The position numbers and the translations under genes are program-made. A stretch of DNA of 64,000 bases from Anaerolineales bacterium (lineage in GTDB: Bacteria; Chloroflexota; Anaerolineae; Anaerolineales; UBA4823): positions 128,445 through 192,444 of the forward strand of contig PQAL01000002.1 of NCBI GenBank assembly GCA_003105035.1, written 5' to 3'. This document shows positions 1-8,805 of this stretch, one piece after another. Position 1 is the stretch's first letter. The number at the start of each line of letters is the position of its first letter. Below the pieces are notes generated by a model, which did not search any database, had not been told where the DNA came from, and saw only the letters and a list, made by a program, of their open reading frames with translations.

Positions 1-11
1 CATTCCCCGTT

Positions 12-605
12 CTATTTCCCTGCCGCCAGGCGGGCTTCCAGTTTTAGCCTGACCGCAGGCCATTCCTGCGGGATCAGGCTGTAAATCACCGAATCACGGA
101 TGTGCCCGTCAGGGAGAATCATATGGTTGCGTAAGACTCCCTCTTTAACCGCTCCCAGTTTTTCGATGGCGCGCTGTGAGCGCAGGTTGCGTAGGTCGGT
201 CTTCAGCCACACACGGATGCATCCCAATTCCTCGAAGGCGTGCCTGAGCAGCAAATACTTGCATTCGGTATTAACCAGTGTCCCCTGGTAATCCAACCCG
301 TACCAGGTGCCGCCGATTTCGAGAGAACGGTCTTCTATCTCAATATGCAAGTAACGCGTGCAACCCACGGCTGCACCACTCGCCTGGTAAATGACCGTGA
401 AAGGCAAGTCAGTACCCTGGGCTTGCTCCTTAAGGATATCCTGTACCCACTCAGTCAGCTGTTCGACAGTCTCAACCTTCCCATAACGCATGTATCTCCA
501 GATCTTGGGTTCCAGGCCAACCTTCGCCAGACTTGGAATATGCTTCAGGCTGAGGGGTTCAAGCCGCACGGATTTACCAATGAGGGTGGTTGGTTCAATT
601 TGCAT
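12..605 (-). CDS. GNAT family N-acetyltransferase (RimJ/RimL-like)
   Basis: Complete 197-aa ORF. The translation has the GNAT acetyl-CoA-binding region ('NLRSQRAIEKLGAVKEGVLR') and the overall RimJ/RimL-like layout. Confidence 0.8.
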   Translation of the reverse strand: MQIEPTTLIGKSVRLEPLSLKHIPSLAKVGLEPKIWRYMRYGKVETVEQLTEWVQDILKEQAQGTDLPFTVIYQASGAAVGCTRYLHIEIEDRSLEIGGTWYGLDYQGTLVNTECKYLLLRHAFEELGCIRVWLKTDLRNLRSQRAIEKLGAVKEGVLRNHMILPDGHIRDSVIYSLIPQEWPAVRLKLEARLAAGK

Positions 606-806
606 TTTTAATTCTCACTGGTTCTATGGATGTACCGCCTTGGATATCTGCGGTTCACCGCCGAAGTTTTGCGATCTATTTCAGAAAATCAAGGTCACCC
701 GGCGATTAGCCCAGGTATTATATATAACCAGGATGCGCGCATCTTCAGGCTCAAGTGAATTTCCTTGTTGAGACTGGCCTACCAGTTCTTGTCAAGCAGG
801 TGGAGA

Positions 807-2099
<1,293 letters not shown>

Positions 2100-3062
2100 C
2101 TATGATTTCAACAACTTGTCCAGCTGCCCATGATCAGTGAAGTGCTTCCGAAATCGGGTGACAAATTCCGTGAGCGTGTAGCAATGCCCTTGTGTACCTT
2201 CACATTCCAGGCAGTAGGTGGCAGCCAGGGTCCCCATCTGCCCGCAGATCTGCGGGTCGAGCCCATGGCTGAACCCGGTCAGGAAGCCTCCCCGGTAAGC
2301 ATCCCCCACCCCTGTGGGATCGACGATTTTCTCCGGCGGTACCACAGGGATGAAATATTGGTCATCCCTGGAATATACCGTTGAGCCTTTGCTGCCTGCA
2401 GTCACCACCATGAATTGAAGGTGTTTCATCAGGTCACTGGCTGACATTCCGGTCATCTTTAGCACCAGACCGAACTCATAATCGTTAACGAACAGTGCCA
2501 GGGCTCCTTCTATACCCATTCGCAGCTCGCCCCCGGTCAATCTGACAATCTGCTGGCTGGGGTCGTAAAGGTAAGGGATACCCAGCTCACGGCATTCAGC
2601 CACGTGCTGTTTCATCGCCTCAGGGTCATTGGGGCTGATGACCACCAGATCTGGTAGTGGTCCTTGCCAACTGCGAAAGCTCAGCTGTGCGCCATAACTC
2701 ATCGCTCCTGGATAGAAGCTGGCGATCTGGTTGTTTGCCCGGTCGGTGTTGCAAAAGAATGAGGCCGTTACTTCACCAGGGATAACTTTCATCAGTGTGG
2801 TGTCAACGCCATTGCTCTCCAACCATTTCCGGTATTCCTCGAAATCCTCACCCACGGTAGCCATGATGTGCGGTCGCTCTCCCAATAAGGCCAGCGTATA
2901 GGCAATGTTGGGGGCGATGCCTCCGCGCCGTTTTCGATAAGAATCAACCAGGAAGCTAAGGCTGATTGAATCCAACTTGTCGGGAAGGAAATGATCCCGG
3001 AAGTATCCTGGAAAGGTCATCAAATAATCGAATGCTACCGAGCCGGTAAGGATGATATTCAT
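2100..3062 (-). CDS. PfkB-family carbohydrate/nucleoside kinase (probable adenosine kinase)
   Basis: The ORF track extends to 3149, but family-like sequence starts at the internal ATG 3062 ('MNIILTGSVAFDYLMTF'). PfkB C-terminal signature 'DPTGVGDAYRGGF' is present. The stop lies 33 nt upstream of ahcY. The adenosine kinase role is inferred from context. Confidence 0.8.
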   Translation of the reverse strand: MNIILTGSVAFDYLMTFPGYFRDHFLPDKLDSISLSFLVDSYRKRRGGIAPNIAYTLALLGERPHIMATVGEDFEEYRKWLESNGVDTTLMKVIPGEVTASFFCNTDRANNQIASFYPGAMSYGAQLSFRSWQGPLPDLVVISPNDPEAMKQHVAECRELGIPYLYDPSQQIVRLTGGELRMGIEGALALFVNDYEFGLVLKMTGMSASDLMKHLQFMVVTAGSKGSTVYSRDDQYFIPVVPPEKIVDPTGVGDAYRGGFLTGFSHGLDPQICGQMGTLAATYCLECEGTQGHCYTLTEFVTRFRKHFTDHGQLDKLLKS

Positions 3063-3250
3063 TAAAATTTCTAGCCTACACAAAAAGACGCCCTCGTGCG
3101 AGAGCGCCGGGATGTGGTGAAGCGCATAGAGTTTAACATGGGACGGCATGTTTGGGAAGGGGATTGTGTGCCCAACCCAAACAATATCCAGGCCGCAAAT
3201 CAGACAAAATTGGGTATAATTGCGTTGCTTAGTTCGAAAAGAGGGAGATC

Positions 3251-3892
3251 ATGAGCGACTTACACGATTTTTATCAGATAAACGATTACCTTTCCGCCCT
3301 GGTACCCGAACGCTCGGAAGAGATGCGGCAAATGGAGACTTACGCTGAGCAAAACAATTTTCCCATCATCGGCCCAGTGTGCGGGTACTTATGTTACCAA
3401 ATTGCCCGTATGGTCGGGGCGCGGGCGGTGTTTGAAATGGGTTCAGGCTATGGATACTCAACGGCCTGGTTCGCAAGGGCCGTGGTGGAGAACGGAGGCG
3501 GCAGGGTGCACCATACCGTATGGGATGAAAAATTATCCCAGGAAGCCCGGGTTCATTTAGAGAAGCTGGGATATGCAAGTTTTATCGAGTATCATGTGGC
3601 CGAAGCGATCGATACCCTGGAACATACCCTTGGACCCTTTGATTTAATCTTCAATGACATCAACAAGGAATGCTATCCCGAGTCTGTGCCGATGATCCGC
3701 CAGAAGCTGCGCCCAGGAGGTGTGCTGATCGTAGACAATCTACTTTGGGGTGGACATGTATTTGAGCAGAACAGAGGCGATGCCAGCACCGAGGGGGTTC
3801 GTGAATTCACCCGCTTGCTGACTACAGATCCGGATTGGATTTCTACGATTATTCCCATTCGGGATGGGATGCTGCTGGCTTTCCGTTGCTGA
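3251..3892 (+). CDS. Class I SAM-dependent O-methyltransferase (family 3, caffeoyl-CoA OMT-like)
   Basis: 213-aa ORF with SAM-binding 'VFEMGSGYGYS' and 'GGVLIVDNLLWGG' blocks. An SD-like 'gagggag' precedes the ATG. Confidence 0.8.
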   Translation: MSDLHDFYQINDYLSALVPERSEEMRQMETYAEQNNFPIIGPVCGYLCYQIARMVGARAVFEMGSGYGYSTAWFARAVVENGGGRVHHTVWDEKLSQEARVHLEKLGYASFIEYHVAEAIDTLEHTLGPFDLIFNDINKECYPESVPMIRQKLRPGGVLIVDNLLWGGHVFEQNRGDASTEGVREFTRLLTTDPDWISTIIPIRDGMLLAFRC

Positions 3893-3915
3893 TCCGTTGC
3901 CACCGTCAAGGCCTC

Positions 3916-3943
3916 TTGAAATCCGGAGAAAGAGTAGTATAAT
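3916..3943 (+). promoter_or_regulatory. Sigma70-like promoter for the thrS leader
   Basis: TTGAAA (3916-3921), a 16-nt spacer, then TATAAT (3938-3943). Confidence 0.5.
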
Positions 3944-3949
3944 TCAGCA

Positions 3950-4202
3950 ATTCATCATATCGCGTTGACCGGGACGAGTATCTGGCAGGTATCCGTCAGA
4001 GATGGGAGACCAGTGGCTGAAAATCTCCCTCGGTAAGTACCAGAGAAAACCTCCCGCGAGCGTAAACCCCAAAGACGCAGGTCCAGTAGGGTAAACGGCT
4101 GACCCCGTTATCGGTCTAAAGAGATGTGCCAGATAATCTGGCATAAATCTGGGTGGAACCGCGTGAGACATCTCTCGCCCCAGTTGGGCGAGAGTTTTTT
4201 TT
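3950..4202 (+). promoter_or_regulatory. T-box leader (tRNA-Thr-responsive riboswitch) of thrS
   Basis: T-box core 'GGGTGGAACCGCG' at 4151-4163 lies directly upstream of the terminator hairpin. The Stem-I-like region (3961-4058) has AGAGA/AGTA motifs. A candidate ACC (Thr) specifier sits at 4049-4051. The downstream gene is thrS. Confidence 0.8.
4172..4202 (+). terminator. Intrinsic terminator of the T-box leader
   Basis: Stem 'ctctcgccc' (4172-4180) pairs with 'gggcgagag' (4186-4194), followed by a run of 8 T. Confidence 0.8.
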
Positions 4203-4299
4203 ATTGTCAGTGTGAGGAGCGATTGGTTCAACGAAGCAGTCTTCATCATGAATATTACAAGAACAGATTGCTTCGGGGAAGAACACCCCTCGCAATGAC
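4203..4299 (-). repeat. Hairpin repeat element (same family as 24609-24882), inverted orientation
   Basis: The reverse complement reads 'gtcattgcgagg...gaagcaatct...gaagactgcttc...cgctcctcacactgaca'. This aligns with 'gtcattgcgagg...ggcaatct...gaagactgcttc...cgctccttacagtgaca' at 24744-24882. Confidence 0.6.
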
Positions 4300-4322
4300 G
4301 TTAAAATAAGAAGGAGGCACAA

Positions 4323-6134
4323 ATGGCAGAGACAAAGAAAGAACGTTATGAAGATTCAGATCTGTACCGCATCCGGCACTCAGCCGCCCATGTGATGGCA
4401 GAGGCCGTGCTTGAGTTTTTCCCGGAGGCCAAGTACACCATCGGGCCACCCATTGAGAACGGCTTCTACTACGACTTTGACCTGCCGCGGCCGCTGACCC
4501 CTGAAGACCTGGAGAAGATCGAGAAACGCATGCGCCAGATCATCGCCGGTCATCATAAATTCGTCCGGCAGGTGGTTTCAGCCGACAAAGCCCGTCAGAT
4601 TTTTAAGGACCAGCCGTATAAGCTGGAACTGATCGATGGGCTTGAGCAGGGCGGTTACGATGAATATGGCAATCCTCTGGAGGGCAAGCCGGAGATATCC
4701 CTGTATACCTCCGATACCTTCATCGACCTGTGCCGCGGCCCGCATGTGGATAATACCGGGCAGATCAACCCTTCTGCGATCAAGCTGCTCAGCTCATCCG
4801 GAGCATACTGGCGCGGCGATGAGCACAACCCGATGTTACAGCGCATCTACGGCACAGCCTGGAAGACATCCAAAGAGCTGGAGGAATACCTGTGGCAAAT
4901 CGAAGAGGCCAAGAAACGTGACCACCGCAAGCTGGGAAAAGAGCTGGAGATATTCACATTTGATGAAGAAGTTGGTCCCGGACTGCCCCTCTGGTTGCCA
5001 CGCGGTGGGGTAATCATCGATGAGTTGGAAAAGCTGGCCAAGGAGCTGGAAGACCGGGCAGGATACCTGCGAGTGCGCACACCGCACCTGGCTAAGGAAG
5101 ACCTATTCCTGCATTCAGGCCATCTGCCTTATTATGCTGAGAGCATGTACCCGCCCATGGAGCTCGAAGGCGTGAAGTATTACGTCAAGCCGATGAACTG
5201 CCCCATGCATCACAAGATATTTGGCTCAAAACCACGCTCCTATCGCGACATGCCCATCCGCCTGGCGGAATATGGTACCTGCTACCGTTATGAGAAGAGC
5301 GGCGAGCTGTTTGGGTTGATGCGCGTGCGCTCGATGCAGATGAATGATGCCCATATGTATTGTGCGGAGGACCAATTCGAGCAAGAGTTCATGGGCGTGA
5401 TCGACTTGTATCACCAGTATTTCGATATCTTCGGCGTTGAGAAATACATTATGCGCCTGAGCACGCACCACAAAAGTGGCCTGGGCAAGAAATATGTGGA
5501 CAACGAGCGCTTGTGGCTGAAGACAGAAGAGATGGTACGGCGTGCCATGGATAATGGCGGTGTTCCCTATGAAGAGGTGCCGAACGAAGCGGCTTTTTAC
5601 GGCCCCAAAATCGACGTGCAAATCTGGTCAGTGATCGGGAAGGAGTTTACTCTGGCCACCAATCAGGTGGACTTTGCTGTTCCACCTCGTTTCAACCTGA
5701 CCTTCATCAACCGGGATGGCCAGGAAGAGACACCCCTGTGCATCCACCGCGCTCCTCTCAGCACGCACGAGCGTATGATCGGGTTTCTCATTGAACACTA
5801 TGCCGGGAACTTCCCGGTGTGGCTCTCCCCCGACCAGGTGCGAGTGATCCCCATCACCGACGTGCACAACGACTACGCCTTGCGCCTGGTTAGCCAGATG
5901 AAGGAGCTCGGCATCCGGGCAGAAGCCGACCTATCCAATGACCGCATGAACGCCAAGATCCGCCAGGCGCAGCTCTTCAAGGTGCCTTACATGCTGGTGG
6001 TGGGCGAGCGTGAGATGGCGGAGGGCACCGTCTCGCTGCGCAAGCGGGATGGCTCCCGCCAGGACGGTATGCCGGTGAATGGATTGATCGATCTGGTAAT
6101 AGATCGGATCAAGAGTCGTTCACACGAGTTGTGA
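4323..6134 (+). CDS. thrS: Threonine--tRNA ligase (short form lacking the N-terminal TGS domain)
   Basis: 603-aa ORF with ThrRS sequence throughout ('RIRHSAAHVMAEAV', 'HRAPLSTHERMIGFLIEHY'). SD 'aaggagg' lies upstream of the ATG. Confidence 0.95.
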   Translation: MAETKKERYEDSDLYRIRHSAAHVMAEAVLEFFPEAKYTIGPPIENGFYYDFDLPRPLTPEDLEKIEKRMRQIIAGHHKFVRQVVSADKARQIFKDQPYKLELIDGLEQGGYDEYGNPLEGKPEISLYTSDTFIDLCRGPHVDNTGQINPSAIKLLSSSGAYWRGDEHNPMLQRIYGTAWKTSKELEEYLWQIEEAKKRDHRKLGKELEIFTFDEEVGPGLPLWLPRGGVIIDELEKLAKELEDRAGYLRVRTPHLAKEDLFLHSGHLPYYAESMYPPMELEGVKYYVKPMNCPMHHKIFGSKPRSYRDMPIRLAEYGTCYRYEKSGELFGLMRVRSMQMNDAHMYCAEDQFEQEFMGVIDLYHQYFDIFGVEKYIMRLSTHHKSGLGKKYVDNERLWLKTEEMVRRAMDNGGVPYEEVPNEAAFYGPKIDVQIWSVIGKEFTLATNQVDFAVPPRFNLTFINRDGQEETPLCIHRAPLSTHERMIGFLIEHYAGNFPVWLSPDQVRVIPITDVHNDYALRLVSQMKELGIRAEADLSNDRMNAKIRQAQLFKVPYMLVVGEREMAEGTVSLRKRDGSRQDGMPVNGLIDLVIDRIKSRSHEL

Positions 6135-6150
6135 TTAAACAAACAGCGAG

Positions 6151-6185
6151 ATTGGGGCAGGCCACAAGCCTGCCCCAATTTGCTT
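6151..6185 (+). terminator. Hairpin terminator after thrS
   Basis: 'attggggcaggc' (6151-6162) pairs with 'gcctgccccaat' (6168-6179), followed by 'ttgc'. The T-tract is short. Confidence 0.6.
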
Positions 6186-6329
6186 CACAGCGCCATGATA
6201 AACATTCATTCTGTAAAGACACCGAACAAAGGTGTCTTCCATGAAATGCGGGCCAATTTACAATCAGACGGGTAATTATTAATCTTTAACAGACTGTTTC
6301 GAGGATAGTTTCTTGTTATTATGATCACA

Positions 6330-6482
6330 GGATGGTGTTCCACCGGGTTGGGATGCTCATCCTCAGGCAATTGTGCCTCATTCTTGCACGTACGCTTGCG
6401 TGATTACCGCCGCTGGTGGGGACGTGGGAATGCGGAAAGCCACTACCGTAGAAGCGCTCTGTATGAGCGCTTCTACCGTTTT
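6330..6482 (+). promoter_or_regulatory. Candidate structured leader/attenuator upstream of infC-rpmI-rplT
   Basis: GC-rich stretch with several local stems, ending in a 12-bp hairpin (6448-6459 pairs with 6465-6476) followed by 'cgtttt'. The position matches L20-type leaders of this operon in other phyla. No family consensus was recognised. Confidence 0.3.
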
Positions 6483-6504
6483 GAGGGCTATTTTCTCAAA
6501 AATG

Positions 6505-6534
6505 TTGACGATTATGATAAACTCATGGTATTAT
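6505..6534 (+). promoter_or_regulatory. Possible sigma70-like promoter upstream of infC
   Basis: TTGACG (6505-6510), an 18-nt spacer, then TATTAT (6529-6534). Confidence 0.35.
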
Positions 6535-6601
6535 CGGGCACGTTAAATACAAAAATACGGTATTTAGCGTAATTAATTGTTTATATTGAAAGGAGCGACA
6601 T

Positions 6602-7126
6602 ATCAGCGCGACCCAATATAGAATCAACGAGGCTATTCGAGTCAAAGAAGTCCGCCTCATTGGCGCCAATGGTGAAAACGTAGGTGTGGTACCCATCCAA
6701 GAAGCCGTGCGGTTAGCCAACGAAGCCGACCTGGACCTGGTAGAGGTAGCCCCGAATTCCGAACCACCCGTTTGCCGGATTATGGATTTCGGGAAGTTCC
6801 TCTACGAGAAGACCAAGAAAGAACGCGACGCGCGCCGGGCACAAACCAAGATCGAAGTTAAAGAGATCCGCCTGAGACCCAAAACCAATATCTACCACCA
6901 GGGCTTTAAGGTCCGTGATGCCCGCGGTTGGCTGGAAGAGGGGAACAAGGTGAGAGTGCGCATCCGTTTTCGTGGTCGTGAAATAGACTATGTTGACCTT
7001 GCGCTGAATGACCTGAAGAAAGTTGCAGAAGAGCTGGCCGATGTCTCGGCGATCGAACAAGCACCCATGATGGAGGGTCGCAGTGTAGTCATGGTTCTGG
7101 CACCTTCCAAGGCGAAAAAGAAGTAA
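6602..7126 (+). CDS. infC: Translation initiation factor IF-3 (non-canonical ATC start)
   Basis: The ORF track starts at GTG 6686. However, the conserved IF3 N-terminus ('RINEAIRVKEVRLIGANGENVGV') is encoded in-frame upstream. There is no ATG, GTG or TTG between the in-frame stop (6587-6589) and 6686. ATC at 6602 lies 6 nt after SD AAGGAG (6590-6595). Confidence 0.88.
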   Translation: MSATQYRINEAIRVKEVRLIGANGENVGVVPIQEAVRLANEADLDLVEVAPNSEPPVCRIMDFGKFLYEKTKKERDARRAQTKIEVKEIRLRPKTNIYHQGFKVRDARGWLEEGNKVRVRIRFRGREIDYVDLALNDLKKVAEELADVSAIEQAPMMEGRSVVMVLAPSKAKKK

Positions 7127-7164
7127 ACCAATTTTATAAGCAGAAATTATCCCGCGGGTATGAG

Positions 7165-7209
7165 AGCGCAAGCCTCACAGGCTTGCGCTTGTGCCCCCTA
7201 CGGGGTTTT
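7165..7209 (+). promoter_or_regulatory. Two hairpins between infC and rpmI (possible attenuator or L20 site)
   Basis: A 10-bp perfect stem (7165-7174 pairs with 7180-7189), then 'cccc'/'gggg' (7194-7197 and 7202-7205) followed by TTTT (7206-7209). Confidence 0.3.
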
Positions 7210-7230
7210 GTGTGAGAAGGAGTGAATGAA

Positions 7231-7467
7231 GTGCCTCGCAAGCAAACAACCGAGAAGTACAAACTGAAAACCCATAAGGCGACCTCGAAACGTTTCCGTG
7301 TCACTGGGACGGGCGTGGTGGTACGCACCAAGGGTGGCAAGAGCCACCTGCGTCGGCGCACCCCCAAGCGCGTCAAGATGTTATTGGCGGAAATGGTCCC
7401 GGTCAAAGGACGCGGAATTGTTAAGCGCGTCCATCGCCTGGCACCCTACCTGAAAAAGGCAGAGTAG
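7231..7467 (+). CDS. rpmI: 50S ribosomal protein L35
   Basis: 'KLKTHKATSKRFRVTGTG' is typical of L35. GTG 7231 is preferred over the track start at 7222, which lies inside the SD 'gaaggag' (7215-7222). Confidence 0.9.
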   Translation: MPRKQTTEKYKLKTHKATSKRFRVTGTGVVVRTKGGKSHLRRRTPKRVKMLLAEMVPVKGRGIVKRVHRLAPYLKKAE

Positions 7468-7560
7468 CTTATCCTATCCACCTGTATAGTGCGGCCGTTG
7501 GGTGCACACAACTGGTAGAGCTGTTCTACCGGCGCCCAGGGGTTCGCAGGAGAGAAAACA

Positions 7561-7911
7561 ATGGCTCGTGTAAAAACTGGTCCTTATCGACACCGTCACC
7601 ACAAGAAAATCCTCAAGATGAATGCTGGCCAATTTGGCACACGCCACCGCCTGTTCAGGCGCGCCAATGAAGCCATGCTCAAGTCATTATGGTATTCCTA
7701 TCGTGACCGGCGCCAACGCAAACGCGATTTGCGCCACCTATGGATCGCCCGAATCAACGCGGCAGCCCGATTAAACGGCCTGTCCTACAGCCGCCTGATC
7801 CACGGCATGAAAACCGCCAATATCGCCATCAACCGCAAAATGCTGGCTGACCTGGCAGTGCGAGACCCGCAGGCTTTTGCTGCGGTGGCAACCCAGGCGA
7901 AAGCCGCCTGA
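7561..7911 (+). CDS. rplT: 50S ribosomal protein L20
   Basis: 116-aa ORF. '[19 protein letters not shown]...[12 protein letters not shown]' is typical L20 sequence. Confidence 0.95.
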   Translation: MARVKTGPYRHRHHKKILKMNAGQFGTRHRLFRRANEAMLKSLWYSYRDRRQRKRDLRHLWIARINAAARLNGLSYSRLIHGMKTANIAINRKMLADLAVRDPQAFAAVATQAKAA

Positions 7912-7942
7912 GTTCTCCCAACCTTCACACAAAACTCACCCA

Positions 7943-7975
7943 ACCCGCTCTCACCTCGAGAGCGGGTTTTGTTTT
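7943..7975 (+). terminator. Intrinsic terminator after rplT
   Basis: 'acccgctctc' (7943-7952) pairs with 'gagagcgggt' (7958-7967), followed by 'tttgtttt'. Confidence 0.8.
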
Positions 7976-7989
7976 AAAAGATAAAGAAA

Positions 7990-8176
7990 ACCTCTAAGGA
8001 CTCAAAGGACCCAAAGGGAAAAAATATATATATACCTATCTTTATTCCTTCGTGAATTATTATGGGCACCTGTATGGTCGTGATACGGTTCTTTTATTTC
8101 TCCTTTGTGGATATTATCTATTCTTTTACCTTAATTATTTGCCTTTCCTTTGTGAACCTTAGTGTCCTTGGTGGTT
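7990..8176. repeat. AT-rich ~190-bp block with imperfect terminal inverted repeats and a CCTTYGNG motif array
   Basis: The left arm 'cctctaaggactcaaaggacccaaaggg' matches the reverse complement of the right arm 'cctttgtgaaccttagtgtccttggtgg' at roughly 70%. Three internal direct copies of 'YCTTYGTGRA..ATTAT' lie at about 8045, 8098 and 8144. A (TA)n run sits at about 8026. Confidence 0.3.
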
Positions 8177-8232
8177 AATTCTTTATAATCCAGCTTGCTG
8201 AGGTAAAATGAGGACTGCAGATAGGACCTTCC

Positions 8233-8805
8233 ATGAATCCGACGATAGAATCCCACCAATTTTCCTCCGGGCAATGGCTGGAAATTGCCCAGGGGGACAT
8301 CACGGCCGAGAACACCGATGCAATTGTCAACGCCGCCAATCGCTACCTGGAACATGGAGCCGGGGTGGCAGGCGCTATCGTCCGCAAAGGTGGCCCGCAG
8401 ATCCAGTCTGAGAGCCGGCAGTGGGTGCTGGAGCATGGCCTGGTCAGCCATGCAGCGCCGGCTTATACCCATGCGGGGAACCTGCCCTGCCGCTATGTGA
8501 TCCATGCTGTTGGGCCGGTGTGGGGTGAGGGCGATGAAAGCAACAAGCTGGATGCCGCAGTGAATGGATGTTTAGAAGTAGCAGAGCGGCTTGGCTTGAG
8601 CTCAATTGCCTTTCCTGCCATCTCCACGGGTATTTTTGGCTTTCCAAAACAGGAGGCGGCCAGGGTGATGCTCAAAAGTATCCATCATTACATAGTGACC
8701 AACCCCACCTCCAGCCTGAAGCTCATCCGCTTAGTGCTGTATGACGAGGCTACCCTGCAGGTATTCAGTGACACGTTGGAGCACGATGATCATCTCCATA
8801 CATAA
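8233..8805 (+). CDS. Macro domain protein (ADP-ribose binding / O-acetyl-ADP-ribose deacetylase-like)
   Basis: 190-aa ORF with macro-domain motifs 'IVNAANRYLEHGAGVAGAI' and 'AFPAISTGIFGFP'. Confidence 0.85.
   Translation: MNPTIESHQFSSGQWLEIAQGDITAENTDAIVNAANRYLEHGAGVAGAIVRKGGPQIQSESRQWVLEHGLVSHAAPAYTHAGNLPCRYVIHAVGPVWGEGDESNKLDAAVNGCLEVAERLGLSSIAFPAISTGIFGFPKQEAARVMLKSIHHYIVTNPTSSLKLIRLVLYDEATLQVFSDTLEHDDHLHT

Noticed and set aside
3063-3250. Possible SAH riboswitch upstream of the pfkB-ahcY operon.
   Set aside because: I read the minus strand for the SAH-riboswitch core (the 'GAGGAGCGCUGC ... AACGGCGCUCA' type). Only a weak 'cggcgctc' fragment is present and no matching 5' half. A cmscan would be needed to be certain.
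3944-4449. Several 60-100-aa ORFs on both strands in the thrS upstream region.
   Set aside because: The region is explained by the T-box leader, its terminator and a repeat element. The ORFs have no RBS and cross RNA structural elements.
6321-6572. 83-aa plus-strand ORF between thrS and infC.
   Set aside because: It has no SD. It runs through a terminator-like hairpin and a promoter-like sequence. The region is better explained as non-coding leader.
8131-8505. 124-aa minus-strand ORF overlapping the start of the macro-domain gene.
   Set aside because: It lies antisense to a gene with clear macro-domain motifs. Its 3' part runs through the AT-rich repeat block. It has no RBS.
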